64,000 bases of DNA from Azolla caroliniana (GCA_043228905.1 JBHGNT010000001.1:1798001-1862000); one strand, 5' to 3'; counted from the first letter of the stretch, positions 31,501 through 44,196 are shown. Translations and numbers: made by a program. The notes: a model not told the origin generated them from the letters alone.

Positions 31501-33326
31501 GTGGAGTTGCCGAAAGGAAAGCGGGTACTTCGAAACAAGTGGGTGTTCAAGCTGAAACCGGGAGATGCCGGAAACCCCCCGAGATACAAAGCCAGGATCG
31601 TGGTGAAGGGGTTCCAGCAGAAGAAGGGCGTCGACTTCGACGAGATATTTGCCCCGGTAGTGAAGATGACCTCCATCCGGACGGTGCTGAGTATAGCGGC
31701 AAGCATGGACCTCGAGGTAGAACAGATGGACGTGAAGACGGCATTCCTTCACGGTGACCTCGAAGAAGAGATCTACATGCAGCAACCGGAAGGATTCGAG
31801 AAGAAAGGGAAGGAGCACCTAGTATGCCGGTTGAAGAAGAGCCTCTACGGACTGAAGCAGGCTCCCCGGCAATGGTACCGGAAGTTCGACTCTTTCATGA
31901 CCGACGAAGGGTACCACAAAACGCAGTCCGATCACTGCGTGTTTGTGAAGAAGTTCGAAGGAGGAGACTTTCTAATACTCCTCCTGTACGTGGACGACAT
32001 GTTGATCGTCGGACGGGACCAGGTCAAAATACGGATGTTGAAGAAAGCGCTTCACCGAACCTTCTCAATGAAGGACCTGGGTCCGGCGAGGCAAATACTA
32101 GGGATGCACATCATCCGTGACCGGAAGAAGAAGCAGTTGTGGCTATCACAGGAGAAGTACGTGACAAAGGTGCTTCACCGGTTCAACATGTCGGAAGCAA
32201 GACCGGTCGGGTCAACCCTCCCGGCAAACTGCAAGTTGTCCAGCAAGCAAAGCCCCAAGACAAAGGCTAAGAAGGAGGACATGATGAAAGTACCATATGC
32301 CTCTGCCGTCGGAAGCTTGATGTACGCAATGGTGTGTACAAGACCGGACATAGGATATGCAGTCGGAGTGGTGAGCCGGTACATGAGCAATCCCGGCAAA
32401 GAGCACTGGAACGCGGTCAAGTGGATACTCCGATACCTGAAGGGCACGGCAAACGTGTGCCTCCGATTCGGCTCCGGTAAGCCCGAACTCGACGGCTTTA
32501 CCGATTCGGATATGTCGGCTGATGCAGATACCAGCCGGTCCACATCAGGGTATGTGATGACATATGCAGGGGGAGCTGTTTCGTGGCAGTCGAGGCTGCA
32601 GAAAACGGTTGCGTTGTCAACCACGGAGGCGGAGTACATGGCGGCTGTTGAAGCCGGCAAGGAAATAATATGGATGAAGGACTTCATTAGAGAGCTCGGT
32701 ATCCGGCAAGAGGAGTACCGACTCTACTGCGACAGTCAGAGTGCCATCCACCTTGCGAAGAACGCGGCCTATCACTCCCGGACGAAGCACATCCAGCGAA
32801 GATATCACTGGATCCGGGAAAGGATAGAAGACCAGGAGTTCGTGCTGACAAAGATCCACACGGACGAGAACGGGTCAGATATGCTGACCAAAGTGCTCAC
32901 ACCCGACAAGCTGGAAGCGTGCCGGAAGAGGGTCGGACTGGAAAGACATCCCATGCCGAAGTGAAGGGGGAGTTTGTTGGGATTACGGTCCCTCCAGATG
33001 GGATGGTCAGATGTCCGGGAACCGGATGATGAAGACCCCGGCTACGGAGCCGGATGATGAAGACCCCGGCTACGGAGCCGGATGATGAATGTACCCGGAG
33101 AGAGATCCGGATGCGGGGACATATTTGTGAATATGTTTGCCAAGGTCCCTTGAGGCTATATTTGTAAATAGCCCGAAAGTCATATGTGTATAAATATGAC
33201 TTAGGGCAAACAGTTTTGAAGTTTTTGCTCACATTTCTGTTTTCCACTTAGAGGGAGCGAAGTGAGAGCAGCCGAGAGAGAGAGTTGATCCTATTCCTTG
33301 GTTGTGGCCGAGCACCGTGTTTAACA
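28536..33326 (+). mobile_element. Intact Ty1/Copia element C inserted in the gag of A
   Basis: LTRs 28536-28859 (324 bp) and 32975-33326 (352 bp), TSD CAATC, iMet PBS at 28863-28874 and PPT GAAGGGGGAG. Confidence 0.98.
28891..32964 (+). CDS. Copia Gag-Pol polyprotein, 1357 aa
   Basis: CFYCGKPGHFQKNC, WVVDSGAS, LVHTDVC, QMDVKTAFL, LYVDDML and FTDSD. Confidence 0.97.
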   Translation: MEGGGSGPPGMMVLNSQNYADWKIKMEDLLIVRDLYEPIDNAEITKGVIESEWKLLNRKAVATIRQYVDVSVLQHVANDTNAYEMWQKLSGLYERKNALTRTSLMRKIVNLKYRDGESMVEHVSTFMGFVNQLAAIKFPLDDAMQAIMLMCTLPESWENLVVTLSTSCKEENLSLLTVKTSILNEEARRRDKEPASDSKALLTESERGRQRNRSPQRREKSGTRSQSRGRPTCFYCGKPGHFQKNCRHFRKDNGTDGTDSKKSPERNGAYRGATDRRGPDRRGQDRKGTTALAASEEEIMLITEERELNLAGEEMTWVVDSGASFHLTPEKKYFSSYTAGEHGCVRMGNEGTCRIAGIGDVWMMTSTGCKMLLKDVRHVPEVRLNVISAGRLDDEGYTGSIRNGVMKLSRGSLIVARARKVNTLYLMNSRLCPEELNVAADTAGELWHKRLCHMSEKGMKRLAEDNLILVKHVHLGKCTDCLAGKQNRTSFRSRPPMRRSVPLELVHTDVCQVETKSHGGAQYFVTFIDDHSQKLWTAPVKTKDQVLSVFKELHARVERESGKKLKALRADNGGEYRGQFEEYCRSMGIRLKFTVPKTPELNGLAERMNRTIMERVRSMLVHAKLPKGFWAEEMSTATYVINRSPSVPLDGDTPQKVWTGKEVSYRHLKVFGCLAYVHVAKDRRGKLDPKTRPCIFLGYSDDEFGYRVWDPVDKKIFRSRDIIFMEDKTLADWESEKKMKSSKSTGEDQLYEEQSRPARDRLALEDPAEDGEETEPAEEDETDTGTGPDPEMDSNEEETEEPVTEAPERRYPLRERRAPRRFPEPEHVLLTDEGEPESFEEAKLDTHSRRWLSAMQEEMDSLHENHTYELVELPKGKRVLRNKWVFKLKPGDAGNPPRYKARIVVKGFQQKKGVDFDEIFAPVVKMTSIRTVLSIAASMDLEVEQMDVKTAFLHGDLEEEIYMQQPEGFEKKGKEHLVCRLKKSLYGLKQAPRQWYRKFDSFMTDEGYHKTQSDHCVFVKKFEGGDFLILLLYVDDMLIVGRDQVKIRMLKKALHRTFSMKDLGPARQILGMHIIRDRKKKQLWLSQEKYVTKVLHRFNMSEARPVGSTLPANCKLSSKQSPKTKAKKEDMMKVPYASAVGSLMYAMVCTRPDIGYAVGVVSRYMSNPGKEHWNAVKWILRYLKGTANVCLRFGSGKPELDGFTDSDMSADADTSRSTSGYVMTYAGGAVSWQSRLQKTVALSTTEAEYMAAVEAGKEIIWMKDFIRELGIRQEEYRLYCDSQSAIHLAKNAAYHSRTKHIQRRYHWIRERIEDQEFVLTKIHTDENGSDMLTKVLTPDKLEACRKRVGLERHPMPK

Positions 33327-33331
33327 CAATC

Positions 33332-36300
33332 TACACGTGGCTAGGCCAATGGGAGTCTCATTTTGAGCTCTATCCCACGCTAGATAGTACGAAGATTGCA
33401 TATGTCGGCCGAGAACTAGGGGGTAAGGCCGCCACCTGGTGGTGTGGGCTCCGTACTTTGGGGAAATTGCCCAATACCTGGACAAATTTTGTCACAGTTT
33501 TCAAGGGCCAATTTCTGCAACCTCCCTCTCGAACCGAGGCAACACAAGCTTTAATGAACCTCTCTAGCAGGAAATTTTCTTCGCTAGAAGACTATGTCCA
33601 CCATGCTAGAACCCAATCCAAAAATCAGGTCTAGAAGGGGACAATTGGTTAATAACTTGTTTTGTCAATGGCATCCCCAATTCGTACTATCACCGGATAG
33701 TGCACGATAAGGATCCAAAATCCTTCGAAGAGGCCGTTGAAATAGTTCTTCTCTATCAACGCACTTCGAAGAAGGACCACAACAAACCCAACGAAGCGCG
33801 CGGGACTAAGCAGTCGCAATTAATTGGGAAACGCAAGACACCCAACGAATTCATGGATCGTGATTGTAAGCGACAACATCCTTTTTGCGTATTCTGCAAA
33901 AAGAAGGCTCATACAAAAGAGCAATGTTGAAAGCTCCAACGGAAAGAGCACGACACCAAAGCTAAAGCTGCAGACCATCAAGGTCAGATTCCTAATGTCC
34001 TTCAGGTCTATACACATCATTTAAGTAATTGTCAATGTTCTTTCCCTCACTATGTATTGGGTCCCAATGATTTACTACGTGCAAACGGGTATATCAATGG
34101 ATCTCCCGTACAATTTTTGTTTGATTCGGGAAGCTCACACAACTTTGTGAATGATCGTTTGGTTTAGATATGGGGAATCCAACCCACCGTAAGTGATCAC
34201 ACCTACACGGTGCACTTGGCTGATGGAAGAGTACAATACATCAACGGGGCAATTCATTCATTAGGAATTTCTACTGACACTTATATAGAGGAAGTCGACT
34301 TCCATGTAATGAATCTTTGTACCACCGATGTAATACTGGGTTATCCCTAGTTTTATAATAAAAACTCTTCTTTATCTATTGATTGGGTTCATCATTCAAT
34401 TACATTTGTACTGAACGATTGTACTCATTTTATTCAATGTGTAAAAATACAATCCCTCTCGATTGTTTCCTCGTGTCCATCAATATCCGAGTTGTCTTGT
34501 TCTACTCTATTTTATTGTGTACTTGATCCGGACATTCATGTTTACAATATCGATAATGTCTCGGTTCAATTAACATATTTTGAACAACAACAGCTTGATG
34601 AAATCTTAAATGATTTTCGTGATGTTTTTCCAAGTGAACTACCAGATGGTTTACCTCCTAAACATAATATAGACCATTGTATAGATATTGTACCTGGCGT
34701 TGCACCAATAAGTGTACCTCCTTATCGCTTAAGTCGATCTGAAGAGGATGAGGTAACTAAGCAACTCAAGGACTGTTTACGAATGGGTTATATACGTTAT
34801 AGTAAATCTCCATGGGGTGCACCAATTCTCTTGGTTAAAAAGAAAGAGGGCACATGGCGTATGTGTATTAATTACCGACGCTTGAATAAAGTGACGATCA
34901 AGAATTTGTATCCATTGCCTCGGGCTGACGATCTAATTGACTGTCTCCAGGGAGCCCGGTATTTTACGAAACTCGATCTTCGTACTGGCTACCATCAAAT
35001 TCGTATAAGTGAGGATGATGTTCCTAAAACGGCATTTCGTACGTGCTATGGCCATTGTGAGTTTTTGGTTATGCCTTTTGGTTTGACCAATGCTCCGGCT
35101 ACATTTCAACAAGAAATGAATGACATTTTCCGAGAACAACTTGGCAAATTTGTCGTTATTTTCTTGGATGATATTTTAGTTTATAGCCGTACATTACAAG
35201 AACATGCTAAACATGTTCGCTTTGTTTTACAAACATTGCGTGACAAACAGTTTTAAGCGAAGATCTCAAAATGTGAGTTCTTCAAGAAATCAATTACTTA
35301 TCTTGGACATCTCATAATCGAACAAGGAGTTGAAATTGATCCTTCTCGCATCGAGAAAATCAAGCTTTGGCCAACTCTTCGGAATATTCGAGAAGTTCAA
35401 TCATTCCTTGGTTTTGTCGGGTTTTTGCGAAAATCCCTTCGTAATTACTCCTAGTTGACGACGCCGTTTACTGATCTTCTAAAAGGTCAAACGTGTAAGT
35501 CTACAAAACCTATTGTGTGGAATGTTACACTAGACCTCGCCTTTAAGGAACTCAAGGACTTGGTATGCAAGGCTCCTTCACTTCTCTTACCCGATCCTTC
35601 TAAACCTTTTGAGGTTGAAACCGATGCAAGCGATTATGCTATAGGTGTTGTCTTATATCAAGATGGTAAACCAATAGCATTCGAGAGTAAGAAACTTGAA
35701 TATGCTCAATGTCGGTATACCGTTCAAGAAAAGGAATTATTTGCAGTTATACATGCACTCAAAACATGGCGCCATTATCTTTATGGAAATCACTTTGTGG
35801 TAACTACGGACCACGAGTCCTTTAAATATTTTTGTGACCAACAAGACCTGAAAGGTCGTAAGGCACGATGGGATGATCTCATCTAGGACTTTGATTTTTT
35901 CATACGATATCGTAAAGGTTCCATGAATACTGTCGATAATGCACTAAGTCACATCTGTGAAGTTAACATGCTTAGCTTCACTGAAATAACATCAGATCTT
36001 TATGATCACCTTCGAGGAAAGTATCCTGATGACAGTTATTTTGCAAAATACTGGGCAAGAGTTGAGTCTGGAACAGACACCACCACATTGCTAACGGTAT
36101 GCTCTACATGGATTTTATTGTTAGCCTTCCTCGCACCCAAAAAGGCCATGATGCCATCTGGGTTGTGGTTGATCGACTAACTAAAATGGCCAGATTTATT
36201 GCTACTAAAACCACAGTAACATCTCCTGAATTGGCTTACCAATTCGTTGACGAGTTATTTTGTTTTTATGGGTTACCGATGGATATCGTGAGTGATCGAG

Positions 36301-37140
36301 ATTCATAATTTACTAGTGACCTCTGGACGCAAGTCTTTAAGAAGTTAGAAACTACGTTGAGCATGAGCTCCACGGATCATCCTCAATCCGATGGACAAAC
36401 AGAACGAGTAAATCAAATTATTGAGGACATGCTTCAAGCATATGTTGGTACAAAACCAACAAAATGGGAACGTTATCTCCCAATTTTGGAGTTTGCTTAT
36501 AACAGCTCCAAGCATACGTCGACGGGATATACTCCTTTTATGTTGATGTATGGTTTTCAACCATGAGCCCCGATTGATGTTAATATACATCATGATGAGT
36601 TGTGAAGTATGCAAAACTTTCTTCGGGATATGCAAAATATGTTGCATATTGCACGAGATAATATAAAAATAACTCAAGATAGAGCGCGTTTTTATGCCGA
36701 TCATCATAGGCAACCTCGTGTATTCAACCCTGGACAGAAGGTATTTTTACATGTACCTCACAATTCTAAGACATTGTCTACGGGTAAGTGCACTAAGTTA
36801 GCCCCACGGTTTTGTGGACCTTTTACAGTCCTCAAACGCATTGGGTCATCAGCCTATCGTCTCGCTCTTCCTGATGGTGTTGGAATTCATCTAGTCTTTC
36901 ATGTGAGTCGTCTAAAAGAACTTCTAGCTTCTTGCAACAATACAGTTACAACTGAAACTCTGGTTACTTCTGAAGATTTATCTTCTAAACCACATGTACC
37001 AGAAAGAATTCTCGATGTTAAAACAAAAAAATTACGTACTAAAGAAATCTGAGAATTTAAAATAAAATGGATGAATAAATCAATAAAAGATGCCACATGG
37101 GAATGCGAGAATACTCTCAGAACTAGCTTCCCTAACTTTC
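33332..37140 (+). pseudogene. Element A gag-pol remnants with C-terminal chromodomain
   Basis: [48 protein letters not shown] and the integrase core. PERILDVK...FKIKW....DATWE is the chromodomain. Confidence 0.9.
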
Positions 37141-37176
37141 GATTGCAAGAGTGCAATTTTTTAAAGAGGGGGAGTA

Positions 37177-37633
37177 TGTTAAAGGCATGACCATATAATA
37201 TCCCGTGGTGAGAATTTACTGTAGTATTCTATACACGTGGATAAGTGTGAGGGTTAAACGAGAGTGTAAAGAAGGGGAGGATTACTTTTAAATCCTCGGG
37301 ATTGAGACAACCCATTAGGCCAAGTATGAACTTGCATGGGGGCCTTGGATATCGCTATAAATAAGAGGCCTAGCTACCCTCATTTGATTATCTTGTTGAC
37401 TACGTCAAGACTCTGTCTTGTGGTGGGTCAACTCTTGTAGCGAGTGCGCCAACACCAGGTACGAGTCGACACCACGGCGGTGGTATGGGACGCCGATCGA
37501 GGCTCGAGTCCGTCTCGATACCTTCGCTCGGGGGTGGTCGGGTGGATCGGCACCCTTCTTTCTCTCTCTCCTTTCTTTCTATCTACCTAGATCTATCCTT
37601 ATCTAATGCTTACTTTAGTACATGTCTCTAATA
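37177..37633 (+). repeat. Element A 3' LTR
   Basis: Follows the PPT. Ends TAATA (mutated TAACA) then TSD ATCTT. Confidence 0.9.
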
Positions 37634-37739
37634 ATCTTGCTGCAATCTGTTGATTGCAAATTATGTTGAACATGAACATGAGCATGTTGAAGAAGTTGCA
37701 TTGAAATGGTTCATATTTATGTAGCGTGGAATTCATTGA

Positions 37740-39650
37740 TTGCAGGATACGCTGAATATGGACCTTTTCGTGATGTTTTCAAATGTATTCAGCAAATGAA
37801 GTTGGAGGAGACTGTTCCAAAGGTTGTAACATATTTGTGATGCTTGAAAGCATGTGGAAGAGTAGGAGACGTATGATGGTCTCAAAAGTTATATTTGTAT
37901 TGAGAATAGTATGATAGGGATGTATCATAGGTGTTGATCTCTGTTAGATGCACAAGATGTATTTGATACTCTTGCAAACAGAAATGTTTTGTTGTGGAAT
38001 GCATCTATTACAGGATATGTTGAGCATGGCCCAACCGAGATTTTTTATGGTTTACTTGGTGAGGCACAAGAAATATAATGATGTGGAATACAATGATTTG
38101 GCCTTGGGAGGTTTTACTTATTTTAGGAGATGGTTTTGAAGCATTGATATGTTTTCAACGTATGCAAAGTGAAGGACTTTGCCATGTTGTGATATTATTT
38201 CATTTGCATTTTAAAGGCTCTCATATTCTCCAAAGAGGTTTTCTAGCAAAGATTACCCATCTTGGAAGTAGCTTCATTTAGATGTATGCAAAATGTGGTG
38301 ACCTAGTGAAAGTTTAACAAGTATTTACTGAACTACCCACGAGGATTATTGCAGTTGGGAATCCTCACATCACAAGATGTACTCAATGTGGCCAAGCTTA
38401 TGATGATATAAAATGGATTATTTTAGTTCACATTATGTGTCTCTACTCAAGTAGGTTTTTGGACCATGTTCCACCTCGATTTGTAGTCTCTTGGAATGCA
38501 TTATTTGCCGGCCTAGCTCAGAACTGGCTAATACTGAATTTAACAATCGGCAACGGTTCGGTTTGAACCGAACCGAACCAAACCGCGAAGCCGCGGCTTA
38601 ATGGTTTCAACGGTTTGGTTCAAGTTTAGGTTTACGTTTTTAAAAACGGTTCTGTTCGGTTTTAACAGCCAAAAACCGCGGTTTAAATGGTTTAACGGTT
38701 TTTTTTTTTTTTTTTAATTTAAATTGTTTTTAAACAATCTTTTCATTTTTAGACCTTATTCTCACATTTTAGGAACATCTTAAAAATTTTAAAAAATGAA
38801 ATATTATAAATTTTAAATTTTAAATTTTAAATTTTGACCTATGTTGAAAACCGAAACCGAACCACGAAACCACGGTTTTTATGGTTTAACAGTTTTGTGG
38901 TTTGGTTCGGTTTGGTTCAAGTTTCAACCAATTTTAACGGTTCGGTTTGAACCCTCTCAAACCGAACCGAACCGTTGCCGATTGTTAACTGAATTTCACA
39001 ATGTGATAAGGCCTTTGTTTATTTCAAGTTCATGATCAAATTGTTAGAAGGGGATTTCTGAGAAGCATATTATGTTGGGCAAGGCGTTTGGTAGATAGGT
39101 ATGTGAACTGTGGTATGCTTGAAAAAGCACAAAAAGTGCATGGTGAGCTTCTTGTTAGGACTCTATACTGTTTGAATCACTTGTTATTGGGTATGCGCAA
39201 CACAAAAAGAAGATGCAAAGTGAGGGTCTCTCACCAGATCAGATCACATATATTTGCAGCCTGAAGGCTTTTTGAAACATTGGATTTTGTGTAAAAGGGG
39301 AAAAGATTCATGATGATAGTATAAATAAAGGTCTCTTCATGGAGGAGGATATCGTGCTTAACAATGCTTTGATGAATGCAAAAGAAGGATTGGAAAAATA
39401 TCCTTTTGTTGGTGCCGTAAATGTGGAGCAATAATTGAAGCATGAGACCTTTTTGAGAATTTATTGCTGGTGGAGATATGGTACAATGGCCTGCCATGTT
39501 ATTGGGCTATATTGAGCATGATAAGGAGGATGCTATATAACTCTATCCTCAAATGCTTGTACAAGGTTGCTAACTACTATGATGATATTTTTTGGTATGT
39601 TGAAAGCAGGTGGCAACGTGGGAGAATTGGTAGACATACTAAAATGTAAT
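37740..39650 (+). pseudogene. Decayed PLS-class PPR gene, part right of the LTR nest
   Basis: GYAEYGPFRDVFKCIQQMKLE....VVTYL*CLKACG, EALICFQRMQSEGL and MQSEGLSPDQITYICSLKA...GEKIHDD..KGL..EDIVLNNAL, with many stops. Confidence 0.82.
38541..38987. mobile_element. hAT-type MITE
   Basis: TIR TAACAATCGGCAACGGTTCGGTT, 8-bp TSD ACTGAATT (38533-40, 38988-95) and AACCG subterminal repeats. Confidence 0.93.
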
Positions 39651-40549
39651 TAGATGTTGAGATGGATCTTAGTTAAATGAAGGATCCATGGCTAGCCATT
39701 GGGATAGTCGTTTCTTTTCCATCTATTTTGTAATTTGTAGCTGATATGTTTTTGAAAACTAATGGAATGATATTTTGATTTGCAAAAGAAGAACAAGAAG
39801 ATAATCATGTCCCAATTAGTCATCACCTTCAAAGTTCTTATCCTCAATTAATTTTAATAGACATCAATAATGTGGACAACAAATTTTGATTTTTTGGGCT
39901 TCATCTACCACCAATTGCAAAATAGGGGCGTATAAGAATAGGAAAGTAGATAATGATTTCCATTTATGATAATATCCATGAGGTATATGGAATCTAGTCC
40001 TAACAATCCTATCGAGCATACTCTATCCACGTGTCACTATGGGAACATGCATGCTAAGGTTAGTTGAAAACCACCTAGGCTAGGTAAGCCATCTTTAAAT
40101 TCATATGCAATCTTGACAATCTTTGGATAATTGAATAAGAGATAAGATATATGAACGTATTAGTAATCCACGACTTTGTCATGGTGTGGAGGTATGGGAA
40201 GGGAGATATCCATGTGTACAAAGGGGGATGGGAGCTTGGTGGGGTGTCAAATTATTGTTGTTCTTTCCAACAAGAACACCTCGGACATTTTTAGGACCAT
40301 TGAGCACACTTAATATAGACATATACATATCTAATGTATACATGCTAAAGGGTTGACACACGCAACTATAATACGGTACATCGACTTTTGTAAATTGTTT
40401 TAAAATGGTATTTGTCTTGTAGTCCATGGTAGTTCTCCCTTTTGGCTTTACAGATTTCATGGACAACAATGTTTTGCATCACCCTTGAGAAGCTCCCCAA
40501 GTCATGTGGTATGCATGGCACATCCTTTATGCAAGTATGCGTGCATAGG

Positions 40550-41004
40550 TAGCAATGGGCGCGGTTTGGTTTCGGTTCGGTTCGGTTTCCTGGCCTTGAA
40601 ACCAAACCAAACCAAACCAAACTGTTTAAATTTTATGAAGCCATTTAAACCGAACCGTTTATGAAAAATTTAGAACCAAATCAAATCGGTTTATTATAAA
40701 TCAAAACCAAACCAAATTTATAAACCTTTAAACCTTCAAAACTATTAAACCTTTAAACCAAACCACATAAGTCAAAACTGCTAAACCGCTAAACCGTGAA
40801 ATTCAAAACCAAACCAAACCGAAACCGATAAGATGTTAAACCGCTAAACCATGAAATTCAAAACCGAACCGAACCGAAACCAAACCGGATCCTAATATTT
40901 GAACCAAACCAAACTGTTTATTTATCTTTGAGCCAATAAACCGTTAAGCCATGGCTTAACGGTTCGGTTCGGTTCGGTTTGAGCCAAAACCGTGCCCATT
41001 GCTA
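40550..41004. mobile_element. hAT-type MITE
   Basis: TIR TAGCAATGGGC.CGGTTT, 8-bp TSD TGCATAGG (40542-49, 41005-12) and AACCG/AAACC repeats. Confidence 0.93.
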
Positions 41005-41963
41005 TGCATAGGTATGTGTTTTGTGGAAGACATGTTTGTATGATTTATATACGTTGTTTGCTTGTATGTATGTCCGTATATATGTATGCATGCATGTTAA
41101 GGATGGCTTGTCGAGTACATAGGGTGAATACATTTGGCGAGCACGTGGCTGTGGGCTTAATAATATCACATGTTGTGAGGTGACTCCTCAAAATGACATT
41201 TACAAAATAATAGATCACATGCATCGTATCAAACATCATCGATTAGTTGACATATCACATCTCAATCATTCTATATTGTTGTCAAATATGAGCATGTGGT
41301 AGCTCGAATAGTGACGTCATATTTGAACACGTCTCAATCATTCTATAGTCACGATGCCATAATTTGAAGATATCTCAATTATTCTATATTTGAACACATG
41401 GTAGTGCGACAAGTTATTTGATGTACTCACGTTAGCAAGTCACAACAAGAGAGTCATTCTACATTGTTGAAATTATAGGAACCTGAACAACACCACGAAA
41501 TGAATTGAAAATAATAGGACACGGAAGATTGAAAAAGTAGCGGTTTAGACAAGAAGTGTTGATTCAATGACAAAAAGAACCATGCCAAGGAAAAATACAA
41601 AAACAAACCAATGCATGAATGGATAAGTCCAACACAATACACGCACAAGGTGCGTGGCATATCATGTAGAAAGAAGCATATACTCACGACTTTTTAAGAG
41701 GCCCAAATAGCGCAATGAGATGGAACAAGAGACAAGTTACAAATACCAAACGCTGTATGTTTATACATTATAAAACAAAAAAACATTACAAAAGATTGGA
41801 TAGAGGGGTGAAGAAGAAACACATAAAAATAACCCAGTGGATGGGAAGTAGGGCAGGACAATCAATAGAGAGAGAGGGCCAAAAGTTAGCTCCCCTTTGA
41901 CTCCCAATGGATGGATGGATGGAAGTAGTAGTCACATATGGCTCGGTTTTGTGAAGATTGGTA

Positions 41964-43336
41964 CTAGGAGAGAGGGCACAAGATGAGGGGCATGCCGTAC
42001 TCGGGTTGCAAGGTTAGGGCGGCCGTGGGGGCATGCCGGTACGATGGCGAGATGCTGAAGCTGAAGCGTTGGACGAGCATCGCCATCACGAGCTTCGCCT
42101 CGAGCATGGAGAATGCGCGCCCAATGCACACCCTCGGGCCCATGGAGAATGGTATGAATGCTCCCGACCCCGCCCTCCGCACCCCGCCCTCCCCAAACCG
42201 CTCCGGCCTGAACTTGTCCACGTCATGCCCCCAGTACTCCGGGTCGTGGTGCCACGTTAGCAACGGAAGCACGACCTCCGTCTCTGCCGGAATCAGTATC
42301 CCGCCCGCCGATTCTCCACCGAGCTTTACATCTTTCACTGTCCTCCGCACCAATGCCACCACCGGCGGATACAACCTCAAGCTCTCATTCAACACCATGG
42401 CCATCTGTGTTTCCATCACCATGTCTTTGCTTTCAATTCTTCTAAACATGTGTGTGTGGTTTGACATAAGAAATTCAAAAACAAAAGAGACAAGCATTTT
42501 GAACCCCATAATTGCTTACGATCTTGAGACGAGCAATCGACTCGGCTGTTGGCATCTCGCTCCTCCCGCATACCTCGAACACCTCCTCTCTGACTCGATC
42601 TTGCCATTCCGGATTCCCCGCGAGCAACAGAGATGCCCAGGTGAGGAGCGTGGATGTCGTCTCGTGCCCCGCAAAGAAGAACGTCTTGCACTCCCCGATG
42701 ATCTCCGGAATGTCCATGGACAGGTTCTTCTTGTTGGTTTCTTTAAGCTTTCCTTGGTTAGCTGCCATCATCAAGCCCAGTAAATCGCTCCCATACGAAT
42801 CGTTGTCGCCCGCTTTCATCGCTGCGGCTAACTCGAAACGGCCTTTCACCATCTTCATGAGGATTTTCTTGATGTCATTGTTGATCCTCCAACGGCGCCG
42901 ATTGAATTTCGTTGGAAGGAACCTGCATCATGCGAAATAATCATGATTCGTTGTTTTTTTTCCCTAACTGCACCTTATGAATAAACCCTAACAAAACATT
43001 ACAATGTAGGTATCTGTCCCTACCTTGACCCAGGGATGTAAACTGTGACTAATAGTTGGTCCACTATGATTTGCAACTCTTGTTGCAATTCGAAGACCCG
43101 CTTGCCTTCCGCGTAACTACTTCCGAATGCCGTGTGAGCTATTATGTCGGCAGTTAAGTTCTTGAACTCTTTATAAACTTCGATGTGATGGCCTTGCTTA
43201 ATTGGTTCCGCCCATTTCTCCATCATCGATGTCGTACATGCGCCCATTGTCGGTAGCATGGCCTGAAAAGATGGCATGCCACTATATGCTTAAGCAAGCA
43301 AAGAGGCCATGATGGGGTAGCAGCAATATGCCATTG

Positions 43337-43378
<42 letters not shown>

Positions 43379-44187
43379 GGGACACACACACATAGACTCG
43401 AGATTGTAAGAACCTAGGTAGGCCCGGGCCGGACATACCTTGAGCTTCTCGTGGAAGAAAGCGGGGTTCATAATGTCGCGATGCTTAGTCCACGCATCGC
43501 CTTCTAATCCCACCAAGCCGTCACCAATCAAGTCGCTTGTGCCGGGCCTGCGGCGGGACTTCCGGAAGCCGACGAATTGTGTGGAGAGCACTTCCTTGGC
43601 GTGCTCCGGGTTGGGGAGGATGATACGAGCAGGGGGTCCATTCCAATACACAAAGAGTGGACCTAAAAGAAAAGGAGGAGCGTCTAAATGTTATATAGTG
43701 TCCAAATGGATGGGGTTCCATAAACTAAACGGAACTAAAGGGAGTGTGAATCTATATGTATATGTAGGTAGGTATGCATGGTATGTGTGTGTGTGTGTAT
43801 GGTATATGGTATGGTATGGTATGGTATGGTATGGTATGTGCATAATAATAATATACCATATGTCTTAGACCAGAGGTAATAGTGGGGGAAGATTCGTGGG
43901 GCGAAGTTGGTGGTGATGGCGGGCATGGGCAGTTTACGTGCTTCGTTTCTGAGAACAGTGATTTCTGGGAGGTTGCCGTAAAGGAGATGGGCGGTTGGGA
44001 GGCAGGGGATCCCCTGCGACTCGAATACCTTTCTCACTCGACGTGGCGTCAGGAACAAGGTGTCCACAACCCTCCAAAGTGTGTAGATGCACCACCACGA
44101 GGCCACACCCAAGAACAGCATGTAGAGCAGCCGGACATATTTGGCCCATACCACCACCACTGGATATCCATTCACCTCCATATCCAT
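41964..44187 (-). CDS. Cytochrome P450, CYP72 clan (CYP709/721/734/72-like), 5 exons, about 545 aa
   Basis: Exons 44187-43857, 43662-43439, 43262-43024, 42922-42520 and 42404-41964, with GT-AG introns and a continuous frame (1638 nt). Motifs ECKTFFFAGHETT, ESLR, PERF and FSMGPRVCIG. Confidence 0.95.
43338..43378. repeat. (ATT)n microsatellite in P450 intron 2
   Basis: Direct reading. Confidence 0.95.
43785..43838. repeat. (GT)n and (TGGTA)n microsatellites in P450 intron 1
   Basis: Direct reading. Confidence 0.9.
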
Positions 44188-44192
44188 CTTTT

Positions 44193-44196
<4 letters not shown>

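Larger units (their letters stand above)
13934..37633 (+). mobile_element. Degenerate Ty3/Gypsy chromovirus (element A), outer shell of the nest
   Basis: 5' LTR part 13934-14166, 3' LTR 37177-37633, TSD ATCTT (13929-33, 37634-38) and PPT AAAGAGGGGGAG. Coding remnants at 28471-28535 and 33332-37140. Confidence 0.93.

Noticed and set aside
41983-42783. 266-aa plus-strand ORF over the P450
   Set aside because: Antisense shadow of GC-rich exons with no motif support.
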